Positions 18,059-28,380 of a DNA stretch of 64,000 nt are shown here, in pieces (position 1 is the first letter of the stretch; every line of letters begins with the position of its first letter). The position numbers were made by a program, and so were the translations under genes. The stretch is from a virus. Location of the stretch: IMG/VR virus record IMGVR_UViG_3300028107_000175, positions 87,578 through 151,577 of that record. The stretch is one strand, 5' to 3'. The notes below the pieces were generated by a model. The model saw only the letters and a program-made list of their open reading frames with translations. It did no database searches and had not been told where the DNA came from.

Positions 18059-19342
18059 TTAGGTCAGGCTTGCATGGAAATCGAGGTTGACGATACGCAG
18101 GACCGTACCGTGCATGCGCTTCATGAACAGCAGCATGAACAGCGAGCCCACGCCGGCCATGTGGGCCGACACAGCATTGGGAGTTTCAGCCAGGCGAGCG
18201 CCAGAGCAGGTAGCGCAGAAGTTCGCGCCCTTGGAATGGCAGTAGGTCGTGTAGCGCATCGTAACGCGCTTGTTGATGTAACCGGCGATGTTGTCATCGG
18301 TCAGTTCCACCAGACCCTTGGAGGTGATCAGATTGTTGCCGATGAATCGACGGGCGATGTCATCTTCCAACACCAGACTCAGGCCCACCTTGCTTCCGCA
18401 ATCCTTCTCGATGATCGAGGTATTCTGGAAGATGCGGTGATTGAACTTGGTCACCTCACCACCCAGAGCGGTCTGGAAGCCACGGCTGTAAGAACCATCG
18501 CGCGAGGCGTTGTTCATGGCCGGCAGTTCTTCCGCCGTCCAACCGTCCTGCAACGAGCCAGTGAGGAACTCACTGGTACCGAAGCCGTCGGCCGCACCTT
18601 GGATGAGGAACTGCTTCTTGCGCGTAACGTCGTAGGATTTCGACTTGATGTAAAAATTCTCACCTTTGTCGCCGCGCATCCATTCTCGGTCGACCTTCTT
18701 CAGCTCACCTTCGATGGTGGCCTGGATCACCGGATCGTGCAACTGACCCTTGTACTTCTCCAGCAGCTCCGCACGAATCTGCGGGATGCGCGGGTCGGTG
18801 GTCATGGTCTTGGCCGTGGCTGACACCACCACGACTGGAGAGAAGCCCACCAGCGACAGCGCTGCTTCGTTGAACTTCAGCACCTGATCGGTGTAGACCT
18901 TCTTCGGGTTGCGCGGCGTATCGGGCTTGTCATCCACCCACACGGCATGGACCATCTTCTCCAGCTTACCGGCTTGGATCTCACCGACCTGATACGGGAA
19001 CAGATCACCGAAGGGATGGCACAGCAAGATCTGGTTCAGGAACATGTTGCCGTAGGTGGTACGCACCGCTTCGCGGACGTTGACCAGATTCCCCGGGTAG
19101 GCCGTGACAGCTTCGCGTACCGCATACAGCGGTTGCTTGGGATCGGCTCCCTCGATACGGTGGATTTCGCCAGTGGCCCCGTCAATGAAGCTGTAGCCGT
19201 TGACCGGATCGCGCATCAGCGCCAGCGGGTGTTCGGGCGTGACATCAGAGGGCATGGTCAGGCAGAACGCCTCCAACCACCAACGCTTGTAGCGGTAGCA
19301 GCCAGCGGCCATTGCCTTGATGAAGTATTCGCGCTTGTCCAC
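18059..19342 (-). CDS. Virion RNA polymerase beta' subunit fragment (phiKZ gp80-like)
   Basis: SYSRGFQTALGG bridge-helix-like segment, IIEKDCGS, Zn-binding YCHSKGANFCATCSG; GTG start. Confidence 0.8.
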   Translation of the reverse strand: MDKREYFIKAMAAGCYRYKRWWLEAFCLTMPSDVTPEHPLALMRDPVNGYSFIDGATGEIHRIEGADPKQPLYAVREAVTAYPGNLVNVREAVRTTYGNMFLNQILLCHPFGDLFPYQVGEIQAGKLEKMVHAVWVDDKPDTPRNPKKVYTDQVLKFNEAALSLVGFSPVVVVSATAKTMTTDPRIPQIRAELLEKYKGQLHDPVIQATIEGELKKVDREWMRGDKGENFYIKSKSYDVTRKKQFLIQGAADGFGTSEFLTGSLQDGWTAEELPAMNNASRDGSYSRGFQTALGGEVTKFNHRIFQNTSIIEKDCGSKVGLSLVLEDDIARRFIGNNLITSKGLVELTDDNIAGYINKRVTMRYTTYCHSKGANFCATCSGARLAETPNAVSAHMAGVGSLFMLLFMKRMHGTVLRIVNLDFHASLT

Positions 19343-19345
19343 GCT

Positions 19346-20198
19346 TTAATCCCCAAGGTTCGTTGCGCGCAGGGCAGCCAGCGCAGCATTGCGGAAGGTT
19401 ACCGATTGGTTGATCTCGGTAAAGGTATGCGAGGCGAACTGGTCGATCACCGTTTCCATTTCGGCACGCGGCATGGTCGCAGCCAACAACAGCGTCACCA
19501 GACACACTGCCGCATCATCAGGCTTCTGCTCGGCCACCTGATGCAGGTGATCGAGCTGACCGATCAACGTCAGGTGCAGCGGCATGCCCAGACGCATGCC
19601 TTCATCCATGCGTTCCTTCAGGTAAGCCGCACCCACCGCATTGTTGGCAGTGAACGATTCCAGACGGTGACGGGCAGCAGCCACATCAGCCGGCGACGGT
19701 TCCAGATCGGAGGTGTTGGGCACCTTCACCGAGCTGGCATTGTCTTCGATGCGCTTGAGCAGGTCCGGGGAGACTTCACGAATGTACTGCAGGTAATCGT
19801 CGGAGTGATAACGTCCGCCCAGCACCAACAGTTCGGCAAAGATCTCTTCGTGACTCTCATCAGTCTGACAGAGAGTCAATATCGCTTCGGGGTTGTCGTA
19901 GTTGTCCAGCAACAGCAAACCCTTGAGCATGTCCACTGCGATGGGCAGGGTGATCTCACCGCTGAACAACACACCGTACTCGTTGAGCACGCGCACATAC
20001 AGCGGCAACAGGATGCCTTGCATGATGTTGGTCAGCGGATCGCCCTCCACTGAACCGGCCACGACAAGTTCATCGTCGATCGGTTCGACATGGCGCTCCT
20101 CACCCACCCACAACAGCGTCCTGCAGGCATCGAGGCACAGGTCTTTCTGCTCTGGCGTTGCAACCAGATCCAGATAAGCGTCCAGTTCGTCGAACATG
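19346..20198 (-). CDS. Conserved hypothetical (probable virion) protein
   Basis: GGAG RBS before MFDELDAYL; same operon as the vRNAP fragment. Confidence 0.7.
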
Positions 20199-20236
20199 GT
20201 TGACTCCTTGCAATATGTCAAAAAAATACAGAAGTT

Positions 20237-20252
20237 CTTCTCATATGAGAAG
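20237..20252. promoter_or_regulatory. Perfect 16-bp palindrome containing TATG on both strands, between divergent genes
   Basis: CTTCTCATATGAGAAG. Confidence 0.5.
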
Positions 20253-20292
20253 CTTTGCTTCTTCCGAAATCACTTTCCAAGCAGGTAACAAC

Positions 20293-20757
20293 ATGTCCAA
20301 GGGTAAGCGTCAGCAACCCATCCCGCAGCCCCGGCATCAGCCTCTGAAGAACCGCGCCTGGGATGAACTCAACGAACTCTCCGATGAGACCACCCGTCTG
20401 CTGCACTCCACCATCGGTGGTGCGCGCGATGTGATCGTCAGCGCCATGGCCAATCCGGAGATCGATCCGGTGGAACGCAATGCGCTGGTCAACCTCATCG
20501 GCTCGGATTCCAAGAAGATCACCGATCGTCTCACCGCGCTGCGCACCCTGCACGTCAATCGCACCGGCGATGCCGTCGACAGCGACGCGCTGGTGGAAAC
20601 GCTGAACCTGGGCGGCCAGTACGGCGAACTCATGTCCGACATCAACCTCACGGTGCTGGCCAACACGGCGCGCCTGACGGAGATGCAGCTTCCGCCGGAA
20701 GCCCCCGAAACCGAGCCGTCCGCACCGGCTCCCGACCCCAGCAACACCGAGGCATAA
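20293..20757 (+). CDS. Hypothetical protein (154 aa)
   Basis: CAGG RBS and ATG at 20293; helical protein with Pro-rich ends. Confidence 0.7.
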   Translation: MSKGKRQQPIPQPRHQPLKNRAWDELNELSDETTRLLHSTIGGARDVIVSAMANPEIDPVERNALVNLIGSDSKKITDRLTALRTLHVNRTGDAVDSDALVETLNLGGQYGELMSDINLTVLANTARLTEMQLPPEAPETEPSAPAPDPSNTEA

Positions 20758-20763
20758 AGCGCC

Positions 20764-22368
20764 ATGTCCATCGAAGAAGAAACCACCACGACGCCGTTCC
20801 CGCAGGAACCGACTGCGGCTGCTCCGGCAGCGGCGCCCGCTGCGGATGGTGACGCACAGCCGGCCAGCGACGCTGCGCCGACCAAGACCCTGAAGGAACC
20901 CGAAGGTGATCCGCCGGTGATTCCGTATGTCGTGCAGGAAAACGTGCGCGTCATCCACGACCCGTTCGACATGAAGCCCCCCAAGCCCGGCACGTTCGCC
21001 GTCTACGAGCGTCTGTCCATCCTGGGCGTGCAGGCCAGTGAAGCGGCCAAGCTCTCCGAGCACTACCCGGAAGTGGAGCTGGGCGAATCCGACGCCGAGC
21101 AGACCTGGACCGAAACCAGCGTCGAAGGCGCCAAGCACTCGCTGCAGTTCGGTACCTACGAACAGGCGATGGCCCGTGCCAACTCGCTGTGGACCAACAG
21201 CGTCGAGGCCGAGAAGGAACGCCTGCACATCTCCCGTCCCACGTTCGAAAAGAACGACGGCATGAAGCTGTCCGGCCAGCAGGCCGTCATGCGCATGCAG
21301 TCGCTGACCGGCATGGGTACCCATGCGCGCATCCCGCTGTGGCACACCGGCATCTGGGTCACCATGCGTGCCCCCACCGAAGCTGCGCTGCTGGAACTGG
21401 AACGTCGCCTGGGCCATGAGAAGATCCGCTTCGGTCGCGAGACCGGCGGCCTGATGTTCTCCAACACCATGGTCTACCTGATGAACTCGCTGGTGGACTT
21501 CGCGCTGGAGCACATCATCGAAGCGACGGTGGCGCACGTGGCCATCGAAGACCTCAAGGAGATCATCCTCCTGCCGGACGCCCATTCGCTGATCCACGGC
21601 ATCCTGTGCACGATGTACCCCAACGGCTATCCGTACCGCCAGCCGTGCGTCATCAACCCGTTCAAGTGCACCCACGTCATCGAAGCGAACATCTCGATCC
21701 CGCGCCTGGCCTTCACCGACCAGCTGCGCCTGACCGAATGGCAGGCTCGCCAGATGACCCGCAAGTTCTCCAAGTTCACCGCCGATGAACTGAAGAAGTA
21801 CCAGGAACAGCACACCTATCTGGCCGAGCGCGAAGTCAAGCTGACCGATCAGGTCTCCATGACCCTGTGCACGCCGACCATCGAGAAGTACCGCCAGGTC
21901 GGCACCAGCTGGATCGACTCGCTGGTCTCGCGCGTCACCCGTTCCTTCGGTGCCAACATCGAAGAAGGTCACCGAGCGCAGCTCATCAGTGAGCAGGGTC
22001 GCATCACCTCGCTGTGCCAGTACGCGCACATGGTCCAGAAGATCACTCTGGTCGATCGGGACGCCGAGCGCAAGATCATCACCAACGTCATCGAGGACAC
22101 CCCGTCCATCGTCGACTCGCTGTCCGCCCTGACCGCTTCGGCGGAGATCTTCCAGGCGTACTACGACGGCATGAACAAGTTCATCGAAGCGTCGGTGCTG
22201 ACCATCATGGCAGTACCCAAGACGCCGTGCCCGGTCTGCAGTAAGGATCATGTCAATGACGAGAAGTACAAGGCTCAGCCCTCGCTGATTCCCCTTGACA
22301 TCGTCAACATTTTTTTTACCCTCCGAGCCCGTCGGATTACCAAGACCTTGCATCTGGGCAACACGTAA
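20764..22368 (+). CDS. Conserved chimallivirus protein (possible baseplate-hub assembly protein) with C-terminal CxxC
   Basis: 534 aa; IPLWHTGIWVT motif typical of this core family; CPVC near the C-terminus. Confidence 0.55.
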   Translation: MSIEEETTTTPFPQEPTAAAPAAAPAADGDAQPASDAAPTKTLKEPEGDPPVIPYVVQENVRVIHDPFDMKPPKPGTFAVYERLSILGVQASEAAKLSEHYPEVELGESDAEQTWTETSVEGAKHSLQFGTYEQAMARANSLWTNSVEAEKERLHISRPTFEKNDGMKLSGQQAVMRMQSLTGMGTHARIPLWHTGIWVTMRAPTEAALLELERRLGHEKIRFGRETGGLMFSNTMVYLMNSLVDFALEHIIEATVAHVAIEDLKEIILLPDAHSLIHGILCTMYPNGYPYRQPCVINPFKCTHVIEANISIPRLAFTDQLRLTEWQARQMTRKFSKFTADELKKYQEQHTYLAEREVKLTDQVSMTLCTPTIEKYRQVGTSWIDSLVSRVTRSFGANIEEGHRAQLISEQGRITSLCQYAHMVQKITLVDRDAERKIITNVIEDTPSIVDSLSALTASAEIFQAYYDGMNKFIEASVLTIMAVPKTPCPVCSKDHVNDEKYKAQPSLIPLDIVNIFFTLRARRITKTLHLGNT

Positions 22369-22379
22369 GCATCCGGCCT

Positions 22380-22862
22380 GTGGCCGACCCGGACGTCGAT
22401 CCTCACGATCCGGGCGGTCACGTGCTGCAAGGCCGGTTCGGGTTGAATCAGATTGGTCACCCCGGACCGGCAGAGCGGCTGTTGCAGGAAGTTGGCGACG
22501 GTAAGATCAAGAACGGTTATGAGCTGCAGATGCTGCTCATGATCAACTACGATCTCAACTACGGCATCTTCAACCACGATGACGACAACCTCAACGACCT
22601 GCAACCTCTCGCTCTGGTGCAAATGCATGAGAAAGAGAAGGTCGAGCCGCACACGATGCTCTATCGCATGATGATGCGCTTTGGCAAATACAAGGTCTCC
22701 CAACACACCGGGATGTCTTGGCCGGAGTTCGTCCAGCAACCGCGCGATGTGTGCGAGCACTGGTTCAACGTGTGTAAGGAACTGGAAACTAAGCAGGGTC
22801 CGTCTGCCGCCACTGATAAGGCGGTGCGTGACCTGACCGCCCAATTGGATGGAAAAGGATAA
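22380..22862 (+). CDS. Conserved chimallivirus protein (partner of the upstream gene)
   Basis: 160 aa; GMSWPEFV motif. Confidence 0.55.
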   Translation: MADPDVDPHDPGGHVLQGRFGLNQIGHPGPAERLLQEVGDGKIKNGYELQMLLMINYDLNYGIFNHDDDNLNDLQPLALVQMHEKEKVEPHTMLYRMMMRFGKYKVSQHTGMSWPEFVQQPRDVCEHWFNVCKELETKQGPSAATDKAVRDLTAQLDGKG

Positions 22863-22864
22863 CT

Positions 22865-23317
22865 ATGATTTCGTTTGAAGGTCAAGGGAATTTGTTCCAA
22901 AGCAAGCGTCAGACGCTGCTGTGCACTACCAACGTGGCAGGGGCCATGGGTGCTGGCATCGCTAAGGAATTCCGCGACCGTTATCCGGAGTTGTACGAGT
23001 TCTATCTGGAACGGTTTCCTCGGGAGTATTATCCGGACCCGGCGTTGGGCAACCAGCTCTACGTGTTCCCGATCAACGATGAACAGCAATGTTTGCTTTT
23101 TCCCACGAAGATCAACTGGCGTAATCCCTCGCCGTGGAAGTTGATGTGGGATAACCTGGCTCAGCTCGCAGCGCGTTACGAAGAGCTGAGGATTACCTCC
23201 CTGGCTATGCCCCCGATTGGGTGTGGCAACGGTGGCTGGAAGTACGAACAGGTTATTCGTGCGATCCACCATCATCTGGGACCGATACCGATCGAGGTTG
23301 ACGTTCTGGTGCGTTAA
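22865..23317 (+). CDS. Macrodomain (DarG-like ADP-ribosylhydrolase / Appr-1-p processing)
   Basis: GNLFQ, NVAGAMGAGIAKEF, FPTKINW, LAMPPIGCGNGG. Confidence 0.9.
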   Translation: MISFEGQGNLFQSKRQTLLCTTNVAGAMGAGIAKEFRDRYPELYEFYLERFPREYYPDPALGNQLYVFPINDEQQCLLFPTKINWRNPSPWKLMWDNLAQLAARYEELRITSLAMPPIGCGNGGWKYEQVIRAIHHHLGPIPIEVDVLVR

Positions 23318-23347
23318 CTCCCCGCCCCTTCGGGGGCGGGTTCTTTC
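23318..23347 (+). terminator. Terminator hairpin
   Basis: CCCGCCCC-ttcg-GGGGCGGG followed by TTCTTT. Confidence 0.7.
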
Positions 23348-23357
23348 TGAGGTCCAC

Positions 23358-23633
23358 ATGAAGATCGAGATTCATCCGGTGAACTTGGCGCTGTTCAAGG
23401 CCGAGGATGCGTTGGAGCACATCGAGGCTACCGGTCGCACTGTTCATGGGGCCATCCAGCGTTCCATGGATCAGCTAGGGAAAAACGGCACGACCAAACA
23501 TCGTCCGGATGTGATGCAGCTCAACAGCCAGTGGCGGCAGTTGCGTCGACGTATTCCGGACCTGAAAGTCAAGGTTGTCCTGGCGATGCTGGACGCTGAA
23601 AAGATCAAAGACCCAACCCCCTTCCAGCTGTAA
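23358..23633 (+). CDS. Hypothetical protein (91 aa)
   Basis: GAGG RBS and ATG at 23358. Confidence 0.6.
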   Translation: MKIEIHPVNLALFKAEDALEHIEATGRTVHGAIQRSMDQLGKNGTTKHRPDVMQLNSQWRQLRRRIPDLKVKVVLAMLDAEKIKDPTPFQL

Positions 23634-23654
23634 TGGCTGGAAGGGTTTTATGCC

Positions 23655-23691
23655 GATTGAACCGAATTTCAGATCTATAACACTTCCATGT
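23655..23691 (+). promoter_or_regulatory. Putative phage early promoter (37-bp family)
   Basis: GATTGAACCGAATTTCAGATCTATAACACTTCCATGT; ungapped alignment with 39642 and 39846. Confidence 0.75.
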
Positions 23692-23724
23692 CAACCCACC
23701 CTCTATCAACAAAGGAACACTGCC

Positions 23725-23997
23725 ATGGGTATCTACGCCTCCTCCCACGAACTGGTCGATGCTGAACTGAAGGAATACTTCAACCAGCTCGATGTTGAAA
23801 AAGCCAACGCCGTGCTGGAAGTCTACCACCGCACGATCGTGCGCCAGACCAAGAATGAAGAACAGCTGAGCAAGAAGCCGTGGACGGCTGAGCGCGCTGT
23901 TGCCCTGGAGGAAATCCGCAAGGAGAACCTGCAGACCCGTCAGGAAGCTGACTACGTCTCCAACCACTATCGCAACCTGCTCAAGCAGCAGGGCTAA
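23725..23997 (+). CDS. Small early helical protein (90 aa)
   Basis: AAGGA RBS, ATG at 23725, directly downstream of the promoter. Confidence 0.75.
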   Translation: MGIYASSHELVDAELKEYFNQLDVEKANAVLEVYHRTIVRQTKNEEQLSKKPWTAERAVALEEIRKENLQTRQEADYVSNHYRNLLKQQG

Positions 23998-24005
23998 GGA
24001 AACCC

Positions 24006-24299
24006 ATGAACGCCATCGTCCTGTTCTTCGTCCGCCTGCTCTGCCGCACCCACAACGCGGTCCACAACCAGCCGGCCCTTCAGACCCTGCGTCGTCAGCT
24101 GAACGACATCGAAGCACGGCTGCAACATCAGCTGGGTCTGCGTTACGGTGTCTACAGCATCGCCGATTCGGCTACTCGCAATCGGCGTCTGGATGAGATC
24201 GCCGATACCATCCGCACCCTGCGCGAGAACCGTGAAGTGCTGCGTCGCCAGCTCGGTGACGCCTGCCACGACATCAAGGCCTCCTGCTGCGCAGCCTGA
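24006..24299 (+). CDS. Small early coiled-coil protein (97 aa)
   Basis: AAGGA RBS; heptad pattern. Confidence 0.75.
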   Translation: MNAIVLFFVRLLCRTHNAVHNQPALQTLRRQLNDIEARLQHQLGLRYGVYSIADSATRNRRLDEIADTIRTLRENREVLRRQLGDACHDIKASCCAA

Positions 24300-24308
24300 C
24301 GGCATACA

Positions 24309-24353
24309 GACCAGCACCCTCACGGGTGCTGGTCTGCTGCTTTCTTTTTTTTT
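24309..24353. terminator. Terminator between convergent genes
   Basis: AGACCAGCACCC-tcac-GGGTGCTGGTCT with a long T tract; GGCATAC upstream. Confidence 0.75.
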
Positions 24354-24357
24354 CCGT

Positions 24358-27267
24358 TTAGTCGGTATGCTGGTAGTAGGTGAAATTGATGTCGTCCTTG
24401 GCACCAATCGTACCGTCGGCCAATGCCACAGCCACACGACGCACCTGCAGTCGCGCCGAGTCATCCAGCAAGGTAACCGTCGGCTGTGCCGAGCTACCCA
24501 TGCCGCCCAGACCGTCAACCGTGACGGAGATGATGTCCGTACCGGCCGCCGCAGTGAGCTGCGAGATGATAGCGTTGAGCGTGACGGTGGACTGACTGAG
24601 CACCGATGCCACGGTACGACCAGCCAGATCTTCCAGCGTCTGACGCAACGCCGCATCGCGATAAGCCGCTGCGGTGAGGTAGAAGGCGATGTTGAACGTC
24701 TGCCCTGCCTTGATCGACGTCTGCTGACCTTCGCGAACGATAGCCTGCACCTGACCCAACGTGGACTTGGGATAGAAGAACAGGGAAGTCTCTTCCAGCA
24801 AGTAGCGGGTGAGGTACTCGATGTCTTCCTTCAGCCAGCTCACGATGGTACGCGGTACTTCGTCGCGATATGCCAACGTGGTTTCGTCCGTAGCAAACCA
24901 GTACACACCGTCCATGAAGAACATGTCCATCTGACGCTTCAGCGTACGGGTGGAGCGAACGATGGGCTGCTGGGTGACCGGGTCGGCCTTGACCGTTCCC
25001 TTGAGGAACTTGATCATGACGTTACCGTCGTCGTCACGCTTGACATCACCCTTGGCGTACAGCACCGTGGGGACCAGCTTGCCCTGTGCGTCGGTGGTGA
25101 AAATGATCGCACCGGTCGCATCGCGCTTGAGCACGGTCTCTTCCCAGACTTCCGGCACGTCCACTTCCCAACGCTCGTAGTCTTCCGAAGAAGCCACGGT
25201 ACGCGAAGAAGCCCACATGCCTTCCATCGAGTCGCCCAGCTTGACGCGCAGGGTTTCACGGGTAATGCCGATCGCATCGGCCGGTACCAGCGAACGACCC
25301 ACGGCCGTATCGATGTTCGATGCCTGCAGTTCATCACCGACCAGACCGGCCGCCAGATACACCAGATCGAAATCGGTGATCAGCGGAGTGGGATGCGGCC
25401 GCGCTTCGTCGGCGTACATCTGGAAACTGGTCAAGTTGATGTTGTGCTCAGAATCGATGTCGTAATCGGTCGTGATGCGGAACAGGTACGTGCGCTCATC
25501 GGCGAAGGTGCCGAGCAACTCACCGTTCATGTACGCGCGATCGCGCTGACCGTCCGGGACGTAGGACAGCTGCACGAAGACATCCTCATCGTCCAGCGCC
25601 TTCCAGTTGTCCGAGGAGGACAGCACCACCGTCAGCTCATAGCCGGTCGGTACGCGTTCGATGGAGTACATCGCCGCGGTGACCTGCATGGCCGTGGTCT
25701 CGTTCTCCTCCACAAACGACTTGGAGGTGATTTCCACATTCTCCAAGTAGTAGGGGCGATGCTCGAAACGGTTGTTGGTACGGTCCAGCACGTAATGGAA
25801 CGGGCTGTACAGGTACTGGGAGGTGTTGATGCGACGGGCCTGTACGTCGATGGGCAGTGCCTTGATGGATGCTGCCACCGACTCGTGCACGATCTCCACC
25901 AGACCCGAGGACATTTCATACAGCGTGTCGGGCAAGATGGTGATGCGATCGCCGTTGTCACGCACGGTGGAATGTGCCGTCAGCAGCGACATCGAGGTGG
26001 TCAGCATCTGAATGCTGCAACCGGCGGCCGTGGCCGAGGTACCGTCGGTGGGCGGGGGCAGAGCACGCGTCGCCTTGAACTGGCGATTGGTGACATTGTC
26101 CACGTTGAGCACCGCACCGTAGCCCAGACGGCTCAGGCGATTGGACAGCTGCACGTTGGTGATCGGAATCACCTGATTGCCCAGGCTGTTGTCGATCACT
26201 CGGTTGCGCAGTTCCTCGAAGGTCAGCTGATAGGCACCGCCCACCACCTTGGAGGTGGCCATGAAACTGCGGTACTGCATCGAGCCCATCGGCTGCCAAT
26301 ACTTGGTCGGGTCAATCCCGTCCAGATCGGCGTACACCGCAGTGAAGTCAGCCGGGGTGAATTCACCCAGATCCATTTCCACCGGTCCCTTGGTGGTGTA
26401 GATGTCCAGACGGAACTCGCCGCTGACCAGACCACTGGAGGTGTAGATATAGGGCACGCGCATCTGCAGCTGGTTATCCACCAGCTTGAACAGCGCTGTC
26501 GGGGTGAGCGGATCGAAGACCTGATCCGAATGGGTGGTCACCATTTCCTTCCAGCGGTTCTGCGCATCCTTGTAATAGGCGCGCGCATGGAAGAAGCCGT
26601 CGGTGTAGGTCTGCTGCATGGTGAACTCAGCAGAGTTGTTCGCCGTACCCACGCGGGTATTGATCTCGAACTGCAACATCGGAATGTGCACGGCAACGAC
26701 TTCAACACCTTGGGCATTGAAGGTTTCCCACGCCACCTGATTGGTGTCCAGCACCTGCACGGGCGAAGGATAGGTGTTGTCGTAGACGATCTGGATGCGA
26801 CCATGGGAAAGTACCCGGATGTCGATGGGGTACTGCATGGTGAAGGTCAGGCCGTTGACCTTGACGTTGGTATGGCGCGGAATGGTGATCTTGCGCACAC
26901 CCGACACGTCGGTCTGCACGGCCATCGCCTTCAGCTCTTCCATACCGAACAGGAAGGTCAGCGTGGCTTTGGCCGGCGAAGCGAAGCGATCGATGTAGTC
27001 CTTATCGGACATGTGGCGATACAGGTCATCGGAAGTCTGTGCCAACGTGGGGTACAGTTTGCGCACCGTGCCGTCCATGGACTGCATGCAGGCTGCACCC
27101 ATGATGGCCATGGCTTCAAAAGCCTGCACAGCCGGGTTGGTGGCATTACCGATGTCCAGTTTGCCATCGTAAGCATCTTCGACTGCCCGCAGTGCCAAGC
27201 GCATGATGGAATGCGGATTGGTACGAACGGCATCGAGTTGGGCAAGCCAGTCAGTTGAGGTGACCAT
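24358..27267 (-). CDS. Large virion structural protein, baseplate-wedge-like (phiKZ gp87-like)
   Basis: 969 aa, beta-rich; IDRFASPA and VVGGAYQLTFEELRNR resemble gp6/baseplate-J-type motifs; synteny. Confidence 0.65.
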   Translation of the reverse strand: MVTSTDWLAQLDAVRTNPHSIMRLALRAVEDAYDGKLDIGNATNPAVQAFEAMAIMGAACMQSMDGTVRKLYPTLAQTSDDLYRHMSDKDYIDRFASPAKATLTFLFGMEELKAMAVQTDVSGVRKITIPRHTNVKVNGLTFTMQYPIDIRVLSHGRIQIVYDNTYPSPVQVLDTNQVAWETFNAQGVEVVAVHIPMLQFEINTRVGTANNSAEFTMQQTYTDGFFHARAYYKDAQNRWKEMVTTHSDQVFDPLTPTALFKLVDNQLQMRVPYIYTSSGLVSGEFRLDIYTTKGPVEMDLGEFTPADFTAVYADLDGIDPTKYWQPMGSMQYRSFMATSKVVGGAYQLTFEELRNRVIDNSLGNQVIPITNVQLSNRLSRLGYGAVLNVDNVTNRQFKATRALPPPTDGTSATAAGCSIQMLTTSMSLLTAHSTVRDNGDRITILPDTLYEMSSGLVEIVHESVAASIKALPIDVQARRINTSQYLYSPFHYVLDRTNNRFEHRPYYLENVEITSKSFVEENETTAMQVTAAMYSIERVPTGYELTVVLSSSDNWKALDDEDVFVQLSYVPDGQRDRAYMNGELLGTFADERTYLFRITTDYDIDSEHNINLTSFQMYADEARPHPTPLITDFDLVYLAAGLVGDELQASNIDTAVGRSLVPADAIGITRETLRVKLGDSMEGMWASSRTVASSEDYERWEVDVPEVWEETVLKRDATGAIIFTTDAQGKLVPTVLYAKGDVKRDDDGNVMIKFLKGTVKADPVTQQPIVRSTRTLKRQMDMFFMDGVYWFATDETTLAYRDEVPRTIVSWLKEDIEYLTRYLLEETSLFFYPKSTLGQVQAIVREGQQTSIKAGQTFNIAFYLTAAAYRDAALRQTLEDLAGRTVASVLSQSTVTLNAIISQLTAAAGTDIISVTVDGLGGMGSSAQPTVTLLDDSARLQVRRVAVALADGTIGAKDDINFTYYQHTD

Positions 27268-27288
27268 GGGCGTCGTTTCTCTCTATGG

Positions 27289-28380
27289 TTAATTGTCACC
27301 GAACATGAAGATCGAGTCCGCTGCCGGCACCCACCACTGCAGTTCGAACGTGTAAGGATCGACGCGGGGGTAGCCGTAGTAGTTCATCGAACTCAATTGG
27401 TCATAGCGGAGCAAGCGCATCACGCGCTCACGCCGACCATCTACCATGTCCGGATTGAAGTGGGCCACGATCTGATTGAACTCGTAGAAGAGGATCGGAT
27501 CTTGGTACTCTGCACCAACGCAGTGCAGCGACGTTGCGATCTGCTCCTGATTGTCCTTGTGGTAGTAGGAGTCAGAGGAGAAGTTGAACGCGTTACCCAG
27601 AGCCGGGCTCAGGGGGAACATGATCGTCGCCGCCACCTTGGTGACGAAACGGCGCGAAGGGTCCAACAGGAAACGATAGACACGACTTTGATAGTCGATC
27701 TCCTGTTCGATGATGGCCTCCGGATAGGGGACCATCACACCGGCCTTGACATTCAGACCGTACTGCACCCACGCCTGCAGCAGTGATGTTATAGGGTCGC
27801 CGGCGATATTTCGCCACGAGGCCGACAGATCGAAGGTGCCGCGCATACGGCGCGGGCCGTCAATCATCGACCATTGCTCGCGCTGCACACCCGGTGTCGA
27901 ATCGAAGTATTCAGCCACGGGATCTGGCCAACCACTCAGGTTCAACAGGAAGTTGCTCAGCACCGGGATGAAGGCACAGCGATTGTCAAACAGCGCCGAG
28001 TCATAGCCGCTGGAATCATCCTCGCTACTGTGCTCCTTGGCAGTGTAATCGCCTCGTGCCCCCTTGGGGTCCAGCGCTGCGCGAATCATTCGCTGGTAGC
28101 TGAAACGATCCCTACTAACAAGCATCGTCATCGTGCGGTCCTGCGACACGTTATCGTATGCAAGATTCAAGCGCGGGCGCGTGAAAAACGTCAGGCCGCC
28201 AACGTCAGAGTTCACCGGTACGGCGATACCGGAGCCTCGATGATTGAAGCCCATGAGCGTATTGGTGAGGGCCTGAGTCAAGGCACCATTACCAGTCGAC
28301 CGGACGGCCAAGTCGATGTTGGTCTTGATCATGCGCTCGTCTGGCGTCAACGCCATGAGCTGTTTAAATTTCGTATCCAT
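27289..28380 (-). CDS. Virion structural protein, tail-tube/baseplate-like (phiKZ gp88-like)
   Basis: 363 aa; GLTFFTRPRLNL motif; synteny. Confidence 0.6.
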   Translation of the reverse strand: MDTKFKQLMALTPDERMIKTNIDLAVRSTGNGALTQALTNTLMGFNHRGSGIAVPVNSDVGGLTFFTRPRLNLAYDNVSQDRTMTMLVSRDRFSYQRMIRAALDPKGARGDYTAKEHSSEDDSSGYDSALFDNRCAFIPVLSNFLLNLSGWPDPVAEYFDSTPGVQREQWSMIDGPRRMRGTFDLSASWRNIAGDPITSLLQAWVQYGLNVKAGVMVPYPEAIIEQEIDYQSRVYRFLLDPSRRFVTKVAATIMFPLSPALGNAFNFSSDSYYHKDNQEQIATSLHCVGAEYQDPILFYEFNQIVAHFNPDMVDGRRERVMRLLRYDQLSSMNYYGYPRVDPYTFELQWWVPAADSIFMFGDN

